Shown here piece after piece: positions 6,760-15,602 of a stretch of DNA of 39,797 nt. Each line of letters opens with the position of its first letter. Within the stretch, counting starts at the first letter, position 1. The stretch lies in the IMG/VR virus record IMGVR_UViG_3300006945_000003; one strand, 5' to 3'. A model generated the notes under the pieces. That model ran no database searches. It saw only the letters and a program-made list of their open reading frames with translations, and was not told the origin of the DNA. This stretch comes from a virus. Both the position numbers and the translations under genes were made by a program.

Positions 6760-9642
6760 TCACCACCTCCAGCCCGTGCCCTGGGCACGTAACCGCGGCG
6801 TGATCAGGCGGTAGAGTTCCTGGCTGATCCGCGCGATATCCTCTTCCGACCGTACCTCCATGCGCTCGACGACGACGAGCGCATGTGGCGCGGTCGCGAT
6901 CGCTGGCGCCTGGCGGGCCAGCATCGCTCGCCCTGTTTCCCCGTGCAGGGCTGGTGCGGGTGAAACTGCGAGCTCGATCGGCGTGACGAGGCTCGCCGCG
7001 AGGTTCTGTGCCGAGGCTGTTACCAGCTCACGTGCCCGGTCCATCCCGAGCGCGAGCCCCCGGGCCACCTCCTGGCCGAAGCCGATCATGACGCGCGACG
7101 GTGAGCCGATGTTGAGTGCGTTCTTGATCGTGCTCTTGACCCGATCAGCGATGCTCTGGGCAAGAGAGAGGAGCTCGCCGAGCTTCGAGCTGATCCCGTT
7201 GATGAGCCCCTGGATGACATTCCGGCCCGCGTCGACGAGCCAGGTCACGGCGCCGGAGAACGCGCCCTTCACGTCGCTTACGAGGCCTGTCACGATCCCG
7301 ATGACTTCCGTCTTCGCACCCGCGACCTTCTCGCGGATACCGTTCCAGATCGAGTCCCAGATGCGTTTCGCCTCGTCCATCACGTTCTGGATGGTTGTCC
7401 GCACGGACGTGATCGCCTCGGTGACCGTGCTCTTGATCGCCCCCCAGATTTCGTCGACCTTGCTGCGGATAGCGCCCCAGATCGACTCCCACGTGGACTT
7501 GAGTTCAGTGATGATCCGGACTGCGCCGTCCTTCAGGCCAGTGACGAGGTTGACGACGGTATCGCGGAGCGCCGTGACGAAGCCGATGACCTTCTCCTTG
7601 AGCTCCGTGAAGAGCGAGAGGATCCGGTTCACGAGATCGGGAACGATCGACCCACCGACGAGAGCGTTGAACAGGCTTCGGAAGAAATTCACGATCCCTT
7701 CGACGAAACCTCGGATGAGCCCGAGGACACCGCTCACGAGCCCACTGATCGCTGCGGTAATCGCCGTGACGAGCCCCCCGATGATCTGCCCGATCGCCTG
7801 GGCAACGCCGGACACGAGGTTCCGTGCGGCCTCCCATGCGCCGCGCCAGTCGCCGGTGAGCAACGCGACGACGATGCGTACCACGTTGGAGACGACCGTC
7901 ACGACGAGGTTGATCACGCCTGCGAACGCCTGGATGATGCCAGACGCCACCTGGATGGCAGCGGGGAGCACGGCAGCGAACGCATTGGCGAGGCCTGAAA
8001 TGACGCCGATCACGACACCGATCGCTGCGACGATCGCCCCGCCGAGCGCTGCAGCGACAGCCCCGATCACGGGGAGGAGTGCCTGGATAGCAGGCAAGAG
8101 CTGCGACTGGATCGTCGACCAGACCGACTGGAAAGCGCTTGCGATCTGGCCGATCGCCGGGCCGAGCTGGGACGAGAGCGACTGCCAGAGCGACTGGAAG
8201 AGCGGGAGAAGCGGAGCGAGGGCAGCCACGACCGCTCCGATGACAGTCCCCACGGCCGACAAGGCTGACTGGAGGGGACTCCACGCGCTCGCGAGGAACG
8301 ACTGGATAGCTGGGAGCGCTGTCCCGGTGAACCAGGTGGCGAGCCGCTCGAGCGCAGGGAGCGCTTGCCCCGTCACGAACGAAGCGACCTCGCGCAACAC
8401 GTTCTGGATCGGCGGCCCGGCCTGAGCGACGAACCCTTGAATGGCTGGGAGCGCCTTCTCAGCAAACCATGCCGAGAAGCGCTCCAGCGCGGGCAAGACC
8501 GTGTTCTGCAGCGTCGAATCGATCCACCCGAAGAACGCCTGGGCGAGTGGCGTGACCGCAGAGATCAGGCTCGTGAACGCGGGCGCGAGGACGTCGAGGA
8601 TCGTCCCGGCGAGGCCGAAGACGGTATTCGCGAGCGGCTCTGCGGCCAGCATGAGCTGGTTCTTGAACAGCTGCCACTTCTGTGCGAAGTCGTCGGTCTC
8701 GCTCGCCAGGCCGTTGATCGTGTCGCCACTCGTCTTGAGCGTCTGGACGAACGTTTCCAGGTCGAGCTGGCCGGACCGGATCGCGGCTGCCAGCTGGGTG
8801 CCAGCGCGGGCTCCGAACCACTCGACCGCGAGAGCGGTTGCCTCAGTCGGGTCCTTGGCGTTCTTGATCTGGTCGAAGACCTCCGCGATAACGTCACGTG
8901 CGGGCGTCCCTTCCTGCGCCGCCTTGGCGATCATCTGGGAGAGCCCCATGAGCGCGCGTGACGAGTCGATCCCGGCCTTCTCGAACTGGCCGAGCATCGC
9001 CGCGGCTGTCTCGAAGTCGAACCCAGCCTCCTGCAGGACCGGCGCGTTCCGGGTGAGCAGCATGAAGAGCTCGCCCATGCCGATGCCGGTCGCCTGGGAC
9101 ACGCGCAAGAGGTAGTCGAGCTTGCCTCCCGCTTGCTCGGCCGAGATCCCCCAGATGTTGAACATCCGGGAACCCTCGGCGATGAGTGGGGCAACGTCCT
9201 GCCCGGTCACCCGGGACAAGTTGAGGAACTGTGTAGCCAGTTCCTGGAGAACTGGCCCCGAGACACCGAGGCGCGTGTTCAGATCTGCGACCGCCGTGCC
9301 GACCTGGGCGAAGTCGACAGGCACGCGCGCAGCCACGGCCCGGAAATCGTCCTGAAGCTGCGCGAGCGTTTCTCCGGTCGCGCCGGTGCCGGCACGAATC
9401 GTGTCGAACGCCTCGTCGAAGCTCTCACCGATCTTGAACGCAGCCGCGCCAATGCCGACCGCAGCGGCGCCGGCCGCAGTGACACCGGCAACGAGTCCGG
9501 TTCTGATAGCTCCACCGAGACCTCCGAGCCGCTCGCTCAGCGACTGTCCCGTCTGCTCAGCGCGCTCTTCGACCTCCTCGAGCCCCTTGACCGCCTCCTC
9601 GCTATTGATCGCGATGGTCGCGAAGAGCTTGAGAATCTCCAT
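6760..9642 (-). CDS. Tail tape measure protein
   Basis: 960 aa, Ala/Gly/Leu-rich and helical, with internal ~33-aa repeats (ALPALER..W(F)..(K/T)ALPAIQ(G/S)F). It occupies the canonical position after the chaperone pair. Confidence 0.9.
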   Translation of the reverse strand: MEILKLFATIAINSEEAVKGLEEVEERAEQTGQSLSERLGGLGGAIRTGLVAGVTAAGAAAVGIGAAAFKIGESFDEAFDTIRAGTGATGETLAQLQDDFRAVAARVPVDFAQVGTAVADLNTRLGVSGPVLQELATQFLNLSRVTGQDVAPLIAEGSRMFNIWGISAEQAGGKLDYLLRVSQATGIGMGELFMLLTRNAPVLQEAGFDFETAAAMLGQFEKAGIDSSRALMGLSQMIAKAAQEGTPARDVIAEVFDQIKNAKDPTEATALAVEWFGARAGTQLAAAIRSGQLDLETFVQTLKTSGDTINGLASETDDFAQKWQLFKNQLMLAAEPLANTVFGLAGTILDVLAPAFTSLISAVTPLAQAFFGWIDSTLQNTVLPALERFSAWFAEKALPAIQGFVAQAGPPIQNVLREVASFVTGQALPALERLATWFTGTALPAIQSFLASAWSPLQSALSAVGTVIGAVVAALAPLLPLFQSLWQSLSSQLGPAIGQIASAFQSVWSTIQSQLLPAIQALLPVIGAVAAALGGAIVAAIGVVIGVISGLANAFAAVLPAAIQVASGIIQAFAGVINLVVTVVSNVVRIVVALLTGDWRGAWEAARNLVSGVAQAIGQIIGGLVTAITAAISGLVSGVLGLIRGFVEGIVNFFRSLFNALVGGSIVPDLVNRILSLFTELKEKVIGFVTALRDTVVNLVTGLKDGAVRIITELKSTWESIWGAIRSKVDEIWGAIKSTVTEAITSVRTTIQNVMDEAKRIWDSIWNGIREKVAGAKTEVIGIVTGLVSDVKGAFSGAVTWLVDAGRNVIQGLINGISSKLGELLSLAQSIADRVKSTIKNALNIGSPSRVMIGFGQEVARGLALGMDRARELVTASAQNLAASLVTPIELAVSPAPALHGETGRAMLARQAPAIATAPHALVVVERMEVRSEEDIARISQELYRLITPRLRAQGTGWRW

Positions 9643-9979
9643 GGTGCCGTGCCCTCTCTGGGCGCCTGAAGGCCTCGATGACGCGTCGCACGTTCTCTTC
9701 CGCCCGTTGCTTCTCGCGAGCGCGCTCGTGTAGGGTCATGCGAGGCCTGCGCTCGTCGTGCAGGCCGAGCGCTGCCAGCCATTGCATGAACGACAGGTGA
9801 CGCTTCCCTCGTGGGAGCGGGGTCGTGAGGTACACCTGCCAGCCGATGAATGCGGCGCGCATCCAGCGCTCCCGCGTCTCGTCCGCTTCCTGTTCAGCTG
9901 ACGCCTCGACGAGAGCGATGAAGTCTGCGTAGGGGATGCCGTGGAGGAGTTCCTGCCATCCCCACCCGTAACGGCTCAA
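9602..9979 (-). CDS. Minus-1 frame extension of the tail assembly chaperone (gpT-like part of the G-T fusion)
   Basis: The ORF is in the -1 frame relative to 9976-10404. That frame stays open from the slippery heptamer at 10045-10051 through to 9602. No good independent start exists (only TTG at 9979). Confidence 0.7.
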   Translation of the reverse strand: MSRYGWGWQELLHGIPYADFIALVEASAEQEADETRERWMRAAFIGWQVYLTTPLPRGKRHLSFMQWLAALGLHDERRPRMTLHERAREKQRAEENVRRVIEAFRRPERARHHGDSQALRDHRDQ

Positions 9980-10404
9980 GAGGCGGTCGAGCGACCGGTA
10001 AACGCCCGCAGCCTCGGATCGCTGAGGAGATGCGTGAACTTTTCGAAAAAAGCTTTGAGATCAGGGTGCTCGCTGAGTGCCTGCCCGATGTCGATGAGCG
10101 CGTGCATCGGGAAGAGCTCGGGATCGGCGAGCTCTCGTGGCTCGACCCCGAGGATACTCGCGAGAAGCTCGAGAGCCTCGCGCTCGGCATACGGCACGCC
10201 GGCGACGAGGAGCATGACGACCGTCTCAGGGGTGAGCTCGTAGCGGCTGAGCTCGGAGCCGAGGCGGGCTGCGCCAGTCGCCAGGATGCGAGCGAGACGG
10301 AACGTGTCGAGCACGCCCAGCCGCCGCAGGCGATACTCTCGCCCATCGACGATAACGACTGGTGTCTCCGCGAGAAAGGCGGGTATTTCGTGCTCCTTCG
10401 TCAT
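9976..10404 (-). CDS. Tail assembly chaperone (gpG-like)
   Basis: 142 aa, acidic, between the major tail protein and the tape measure. It contains the T TTT TTC slippery site 23 codons before its stop. Confidence 0.8.
   Translation of the reverse strand: MTKEHEIPAFLAETPVVIVDGREYRLRRLGVLDTFRLARILATGAARLGSELSRYELTPETVVMLLVAGVPYAEREALELLASILGVEPRELADPELFPMHALIDIGQALSEHPDLKAFFEKFTHLLSDPRLRAFTGRSTAS
10045..10051 (-). promoter_or_regulatory. Programmed -1 ribosomal frameshift slippery heptamer T TTT TTC
   Basis: Minus strand reads GCT TTT TTC GAA AAG in the zero frame (X XXY YYZ). Translated by hand, the -1 frame is FFRKVHASPQRSEAAGVYRSLDRLLSRYGW... with no stop down to 9602. Confidence 0.7.
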
Positions 10405-10418
10405 GCGTCACCTCGTTC

Positions 10419-11015
10419 TCACGAGACCTGCGGGTGATAGATCGCCCACGGCTCGACGCGAGGCTCGCCTGGATCGAAATGGCCGACGAACGTCACCTCG
10501 ATCCCGCCCTCGTTCTTGTCTTCCAGTGCGAGCTCCGGGCCTTCGAGGACGAGCGCGTTCTTGACCACCACGATGACCGGTTTCGTGCTGCCGGTGTAGG
10601 TGGCCAGGAGCGCGACGTTCGGGATGTAGCTGGTATCGAGGATCGGTCCACCGGTGATCTTCTGGAACTGGCCGGCCGTCGTCACGGTGGCTCCCGCGAT
10701 CGCCTTGAGCAGGTTGTCTACCGTGAGCTCAACGAAGGTCACCGTGAGCTGTGGGCGGACCTCCTCGCGACGGGCCAGCCCCATGTACGGCCCGAGCTTG
10801 CCATCGACTTCGACCTCACGGACCGAAAGCCCACGCGTGAACGTCGCACCGCCCCGGGTCGCGCCGAGCGGGATCGCCGTGGCGAGCGCCGCCGTGACGG
10901 GGTCAGTGTTCGCCGGGTCTTCGAGCTCGTTGAGGTCGATGTTGAAGTAGACCATCCCGGCGTCGAGCACGAGCCGCTCAGGTGTCGCTGCCGACAGTCC
11001 AGTGAGTCCCTGCAT
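10419..11015 (-). CDS. Major tail (tube) protein
   Basis: 198 aa, between the tail terminator and the chaperones. The beta-rich sequence is typical of siphovirus tube proteins. Confidence 0.75.
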   Translation of the reverse strand: MQGLTGLSAATPERLVLDAGMVYFNIDLNELEDPANTDPVTAALATAIPLGATRGGATFTRGLSVREVEVDGKLGPYMGLARREEVRPQLTVTFVELTVDNLLKAIAGATVTTAGQFQKITGGPILDTSYIPNVALLATYTGSTKPVIVVVKNALVLEGPELALEDKNEGGIEVTFVGHFDPGEPRVEPWAIYHPQVS

Positions 11016-11019
11016 CGGT

Positions 11020-11460
11020 TCATCCTCCTCTCGTCACGATCGCTGTGAGCTCACGCTTCGATGCGTAGCGGACGCCCCACTCAGACGTCCGCCGCCAGAT
11101 GTTCTTCTCGTCTTGCGGTACGGGTTCCCAGCGCTCGTTCCAGAAGCGGACGATGCCGAGTTCTGGGAGCTCGAGGTAGGCGAGGTCGAGGAGCTCGGTC
11201 AGGCGCCGCTGGATCGCTGCGAGCCGTGCTGCGGTCGGCGCATGGTCCCAGATATCGATGACGTACGTTCCGAGCCGCATCCCCGGTGTGGGCGCAGGCG
11301 CGCTCCGGAAGCGGTGGACGAGGTATGGGAACGGCGCGTCCGGCTCTGCCCACTCGTGGTACTGCCGGGCTCGTCCCCCCATCAGGCTCGCGAGCATGCT
11401 GTCCGCCGCGAGCCGGCTCCACACTGCCTCCACGATGAGGTCGTCTGAGCTCAGTGTCAT
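11020..11460 (-). CDS. Tail terminator/tail completion protein (DUF3168-like)
   Basis: ATG 11460 overlaps the upstream TGA (ATGA). The pattern LIVEAVWSRLAADSMLASLMGGR...FPYLVHRF fits DUF3168 proteins. Confidence 0.65.
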   Translation of the reverse strand: MTLSSDDLIVEAVWSRLAADSMLASLMGGRARQYHEWAEPDAPFPYLVHRFRSAPAPTPGMRLGTYVIDIWDHAPTAARLAAIQRRLTELLDLAYLELPELGIVRFWNERWEPVPQDEKNIWRRTSEWGVRYASKRELTAIVTRGG

Positions 11461-11882
11461 TCGTCCCACCTCTGCGACAGGATGGCCTCGACCTCTGCTC
11501 TGGTCTCCTCGAAGGCCGGGCCGAGGAACGGGCGCGGCGCCATGGACCGTGTCCCTTTCTCGAGCCAGACGGCCTTCTCGAGGTCGGAGCCGACGTGCGC
11601 CGCGACCTGGTGCTCGTCCTGGGTGAGCTGGACCTGGATACTCTGGCGGAGCCGGCCGAGCATCACTGCAGGCGGCTCGCCTGGTGCAGATGCGGTATAG
11701 AGGCGGTTCGTCCCTGGGACACGGTACTGCCGCCCAGAACGGGGACCAGCGAGTTTCTCGATGACCCGGTTCCGGACCAGGTTAGCCGCCTCGACGACAC
11801 GTGCTCCGGCCGTCCGGTCGATGTGAGCGACCACCTGAGTCACGCTCGACACGAGCTTGACGTCCACCGAGACCCGTGCCAT
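11457..11882 (-). CDS. HK97 gp10-family tail/neck component
   Basis: 141 aa. SAPGEPPAVMLGRLRQSI...EKGTRSMAPRPFLGPA matches the HK97 gp10 family pattern. Confidence 0.7.
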   Translation of the reverse strand: MARVSVDVKLVSSVTQVVAHIDRTAGARVVEAANLVRNRVIEKLAGPRSGRQYRVPGTNRLYTASAPGEPPAVMLGRLRQSIQVQLTQDEHQVAAHVGSDLEKAVWLEKGTRSMAPRPFLGPAFEETRAEVEAILSQRWDE

Positions 11883-11896
11883 GACTACCCTCGCTG

Positions 11897-12229
11897 CTAG
11901 GAGTCACCCTGGAGCTCGACCGTGACGGTCGTCCAGCGTCCCGTGCCGTCCGGGTCGACTGCAGGCTCGACGGGCGCGAGGATCTGCCCTCGCCAGCGGA
12001 AACGGTGCTGCCCGAGAGAGATGGCATGCCGCCCGCGCAGCCGGACGACGTGTGTCGCCTGGGAGTGCGCCACCTGCTGGTATGCTGCGCGACCGCTCAC
12101 GGAGAGCGGGATCACATCGGCCCAGAGCATCCGCTCCGTCACCCACGTTTCTGGTGGCTCGTATGGGCTGCCCCGCTCGAGCGCGACACGGCGCTGGAGT
12201 TCGATCGGGCGCAGCCGGGCGAGCTGCAT
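11897..12229 (-). CDS. Head-tail adaptor (head closure, SPP1 gp16-like)
   Basis: 110 aa in the conserved connector gene order. The pattern LRPIELQRRV...WADVIPLSVSGRAAY...VRLR is typical of the family. Confidence 0.65.
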   Translation of the reverse strand: MQLARLRPIELQRRVALERGSPYEPPETWVTERMLWADVIPLSVSGRAAYQQVAHSQATHVVRLRGRHAISLGQHRFRWRGQILAPVEPAVDPDGTGRWTTVTVELQGDS

Positions 12230-12272
12230 CGCTCACCTCCTCGCGATGATCGAGCGTGACGGCCGGGCGAGC

Positions 12273-12611
12273 CTAGAAGCCGGGGATCCGCCGGTACGGC
12301 CAGAGCAGCGAGAAGTCGTCCTCGCCATACGTGACGCTGCCAACCCCACTGACCTGCTCCGCGGTGACTCCCTCGATGCGACGCTGGTACAAGCGCGCCA
12401 CACGCTGGAGTACCCAGGTCTTCACAGCAGCCGGGATCGGGACTGGGCTGCCGCTGGCATCCGTGAACGGGTTGTCCAGGTAGGCGTCTGCAGCTTCCTT
12501 CGCTGCCTCGATGAGCGACACGATCAGCGTGTCGTCGGCATCGTCGTCGATGCGGAGCCAGGCTTTGGCCTCTTCGAGCGTGACCGTGAGCCGGTCCTTG
12601 ACTGCGCCCAT
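12273..12611 (-). CDS. Head-tail connector (gp6-like, Phage_connect_1)
   Basis: 112 aa. TLEEAKAWLRIDDDADDTLIVSLIEAAKEAADAYL is the characteristic N-terminal motif. Confidence 0.75.
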   Translation of the reverse strand: MGAVKDRLTVTLEEAKAWLRIDDDADDTLIVSLIEAAKEAADAYLDNPFTDASGSPVPIPAAVKTWVLQRVARLYQRRIEGVTAEQVSGVGSVTYGEDDFSLLWPYRRIPGF

Positions 12612-12615
12612 ATCC

Positions 12616-12972
12616 TCACTCGCTCAGCCGTTCTGGTCGCGCGACTTCACGCCCGTGCGCGCGCTGCTGGTGCGTCGAGAGCCCCTGGCGCGTCTGGAAC
12701 TCCTTCCCGCACTCGTCGCATCGGAAGGCATACGAGATGCCACCCGCAGTGACGCGCCCGGCACCCGGCTCGTCCTCGCCACCGGTGCTCGCTTCTTTCG
12801 TCTCCAGTGGCCCTGCCGGCTTCGTCTCGGACGGGCCCGCCGGCTTGACCTCGCGGGCCAGGCCGCGCTGGATCAGCAGGCGGGCGCGGGCCGGGGGAAC
12901 CGTGATCCGGCTCCCCCGGCGCACGAACCCTTCTTCGCCGAAATACGTGCGCACGACCTCGAGCTCGATCAT
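12616..12972 (-). CDS. Small head-module protein with a C-terminal classical C2H2 zinc finger
   Basis: 118 aa from ATG 12972, with RBS GAGG 13 nt after the capsid stop. The C-terminus FRCDECGKEFQTRQGLSTHQQRAH fits F-x-C-x2-C-x3-F-x5-L-x2-H-x4-H exactly. A 2 x 24-bp tandem repeat (12797-12844) encodes KPAGP(S/L)ETK. Confidence 0.65.
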   Translation of the reverse strand: MIELEVVRTYFGEEGFVRRGSRITVPPARARLLIQRGLAREVKPAGPSETKPAGPLETKEASTGGEDEPGAGRVTAGGISYAFRCDECGKEFQTRQGLSTHQQRAHGREVARPERLSE

Positions 12973-12985
12973 GCGTCCTGCCTCA

Positions 12986-14200
12986 TCACGCCGCCGGTGG
13001 GTTGTCGAAGACGCCGCGGACGAACGCCTCGGGCCGGTAGACCGTGAGCGCAATCCGCTCCTCGGCGAGGATGGCGTAGAGGTTCCGCGTGAAGTAGTCG
13101 GCATGGCTGTCCGAGATCCGGATCGCCGCCTCCTCGCGGTCCCAGATGGCCGCACCGAGGCTGAACGCGCCGGTTAGGAACTCGCCCTCGTTGATCGCGG
13201 TCGTCTCGACCACGGGGACGCGCCAGAGTCGCGGCACGCCACCGTCCTCGACCCTGACCCAGATGTAGTGCTGGTCGGAGCCCTTGAGGAGCTCGATGTC
13301 TTCCCAGTCGTTCGGGTGCAGCACCAGGCCAGTCACCGGGTACTCGGCGACTCGTGCCTTCGTCATCGCGCGGCGGATCGCGTCGACCTTGGTATCGCCG
13401 GGCTGTCCCTGTGACCAGCTGTACGTCTGGATGTCCGGATCGGTCATGATGCCGGAGAGGTTCGGGCCCGTGCCGTCGCCGTACAGGATCTGCCGGTCTT
13501 CTGTGAGCTTGAGCCCGACGATGAGCCGGTTCTCGATGTAGCTCTGGAGCTGTGCCGCGTCTGCGATGATCTGGCGAGTGACGGGCAGGTAATGAGCGAT
13601 CGTCTTCACTGAGGTCGAGACGATCTCGAAGCTGAGGCTCGACTCCGGCTTCGCAGCCCCCTCGGCGACCGGGGCAGCGGCATTGGTGAAGCCTGTCTCG
13701 CGGACGAACTCGATGACCCCGGTCGTCGTCCGGTTCACCGGGAGGAGGTCGCGAATCCGCTGGACACGGTCGGGGAGGGCGATGAGCTCAGCGAGACGCT
13801 CCGCCGGGAACAGGTAGGCAGGCACGGTACCGAGCGGGCTCGTCAGTGTGGCCTTCGTGAAGAACGACTTCACCGGGAAGGGGGCTGAGAACCCGGTCAT
13901 TCCTCCCTCGAGGTACCGCTTGTAGGCATCCGACTCGACGAAGCGCTCGCCGAGGCTCTTGGCGTCCGTGTAGCCGACCACTGGCCGTGCGTGTTGTGCC
14001 TCGCTCGCGTCGAGCCGTGTCCGGACAGCCTGGAGTTCCTGCGCGAGCTCGTCGAGCCGCTTGGTCGCCGCGTCGAGCCGCCGCCCGGTCTCCTCGCGGG
14101 CAGCACCGAGCGTGCGGATCTCGTGTTCCTGGCGTTCGACGAGCGTCTTCACCTCTCGAAACGCCTCATCGAGGTACCGGGCAAGTTCTCGCAGTTCCAC
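12986..14200 (-). CDS. Major capsid protein, HK97 family
   Basis: 404 aa from GTG 14200, with GGAGGTG upstream and 2 nt after the protease stop. It has an N-terminal coiled delta-domain-like region followed by an HK97-type body. The 676-aa track ORF is an off-target 5' extension overlapping the protease gene. Confidence 0.85.
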   Translation of the reverse strand: MELRELARYLDEAFREVKTLVERQEHEIRTLGAAREETGRRLDAATKRLDELAQELQAVRTRLDASEAQHARPVVGYTDAKSLGERFVESDAYKRYLEGGMTGFSAPFPVKSFFTKATLTSPLGTVPAYLFPAERLAELIALPDRVQRIRDLLPVNRTTTGVIEFVRETGFTNAAAPVAEGAAKPESSLSFEIVSTSVKTIAHYLPVTRQIIADAAQLQSYIENRLIVGLKLTEDRQILYGDGTGPNLSGIMTDPDIQTYSWSQGQPGDTKVDAIRRAMTKARVAEYPVTGLVLHPNDWEDIELLKGSDQHYIWVRVEDGGVPRLWRVPVVETTAINEGEFLTGAFSLGAAIWDREEAAIRISDSHADYFTRNLYAILAEERIALTVYRPEAFVRGVFDNPPAA

Positions 14201-14202
14201 TG

Positions 14203-15591
14203 TTACACCTCCGTGTGCAAGGATTGGGTGACGCTCCGGAGCTCGCGGAGCAGCTGCTCCTTGCGAGCCCAGGTCGAGAGTTGCTCGAGTGCTGCGAGGA
14301 GCTCGCTCGCGCCATCCGAGTGAGCAGAGCCCGGCTCGGCTCGGCAGCACGCACAGGCCTGAGTGCGCTCCTTGCGCGGCTCGGCGAGTGCGAGGAGTTC
14401 CTCGAGCACCTCGACAGCTTGCTGGAGTGCCTCGATCGCGTTGCGGACCCGCTGGACGTTGGCTTGTGACAGCACCCGTCCTTCCTTGAACTGGGGCTGT
14501 GACGGGTTCCGCCGGTGCTCGCCCGGCCACATCCCAGTGCACTGGTAATGGAGCCAGGCGCAGAACGCAGCCTGGTCGGTGGGATCGAAGTCTCCGAGGC
14601 TCGACTCCATGCAGCGGGTGAAGAGACCGGGGTCTGGGCCGAAGTAGTTGCACAGCCCCTCGAGCAGCTGCGGCGGCATCTGCTTCGGCGAGACGGTGAG
14701 CGTTGTGAGGCCCTTCTCGCGCATCGCCTTCGCCGTCGCCGGGCACAGCCGCTCGACGGACTCGAGCGAGAGCGTGACCGTCCCGCCGTGCTTCTCGAAG
14801 AGCTTCTGCACCTCGCGTTCCCAGTCGACCGACCGCTGGCCCGGCCACTCGCCCGTGATCTGGTAGTGGAGCCAGGCGCAGAACCCCTCGGGTGACTCCT
14901 TGTCCTGGTTGCGGCGCACGCAGTCCTCGAAGTCTTGGTATGGCCCGAACGGTTTCCCGGCGGGTGGGAGCAGCGAGCTGGCGATCCGGTCGAGCCGTTC
15001 CGCCTCGCGGCGCCACTGGTCAAGGGCGATCTGGAGCAGGTGTGGCACCTCGTCAGACTCGAAGTGCCCGTTCTTGAGCGCTTTCTCGAAGCGAGCGATG
15101 CGCTCTTTCAGCGAAGCCGCGGAAGGCGTACCCTTCACCCCGACCACGCGAGCGACATCGAGCGCGGCGAAGGTGACGAACGAGTACTCCCAGAGCCTGA
15201 CTTCCTTGAGTAGCCGCTCCCCTCGCTCACCACGGGCCGTCTTGATCGGGTCGTAGCCGATCGAGAGCTCGGTGATGATCCCGTCCTGGACGAGGGAGAG
15301 GACGTCGCGCGCGATGGGTGTTCGTGCGAAGAGCGTCTCAGTGTACAGGCCATGCGCATCTTCGAGGATTTTCAGGGGACGCCCGACTGGCCAGGACGGC
15401 TCGTGCTGGTACAGGGCCTTGATCCGGTTCTTGCCGGACGGTCCCCACTCGGCGATGGTCTTCTGGAACGCGCCAGGCTCGACGACGTCTCCCTGGTCAT
15501 CGAGCACGCCGAAGACGGACGGGTAGGCGATCACGATCCCCTGCGTAGGGTCGAGATCCTTGACCGCCTGCGGTGTGAGCTTGAACTCCAT
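14203..15591 (-). CDS. HK97-family prohead serine protease (S78) fused to a scaffold-like C-terminal region
   Basis: Start is ATG 15591 with AAGGAGG 6 nt upstream. The N-terminal ~165 aa show the Peptidase_S78 pattern (GIVIAYPSVFGVLDDQGDVVEPGAF...ALYQH...ELSIGY). The C-terminal ~300 aa are helical, with two copies of FCAWLHYQxTGxWPG and a terminal coiled coil. Confidence 0.8.
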   Translation of the reverse strand: MEFKLTPQAVKDLDPTQGIVIAYPSVFGVLDDQGDVVEPGAFQKTIAEWGPSGKNRIKALYQHEPSWPVGRPLKILEDAHGLYTETLFARTPIARDVLSLVQDGIITELSIGYDPIKTARGERGERLLKEVRLWEYSFVTFAALDVARVVGVKGTPSAASLKERIARFEKALKNGHFESDEVPHLLQIALDQWRREAERLDRIASSLLPPAGKPFGPYQDFEDCVRRNQDKESPEGFCAWLHYQITGEWPGQRSVDWEREVQKLFEKHGGTVTLSLESVERLCPATAKAMREKGLTTLTVSPKQMPPQLLEGLCNYFGPDPGLFTRCMESSLGDFDPTDQAAFCAWLHYQCTGMWPGEHRRNPSQPQFKEGRVLSQANVQRVRNAIEALQQAVEVLEELLALAEPRKERTQACACCRAEPGSAHSDGASELLAALEQLSTWARKEQLLRELRSVTQSLHTEV

Positions 15592-15602
15592 GCCTTCCTC
15601 CT

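Noticed and set aside
6860-8425. Long plus-strand ORFs antisense to structural genes (e.g. 6860-8425 521 aa, 17915-19090 391 aa, 18975-20501 508 aa, 23296-24327 343 aa)
   Set aside because: They are Ser/Thr/Arg/Pro/Ala-rich low-complexity translations with no start-site signals. They lie opposite genes with clear family signatures. Stop-poor alternative frames are expected at this GC content.
12986-15016. Very long track ORFs suggesting giant capsid (676 aa), portal (762 aa) or resolvase (400 aa) proteins
   Set aside because: Their 5' parts overlap the upstream gene in another frame and translate to Arg/Pro-rich nonsense. Internal starts with strong GGAGG-type RBS sit directly after the upstream stop codons (14200, 17651, 22619) and give family-typical lengths.
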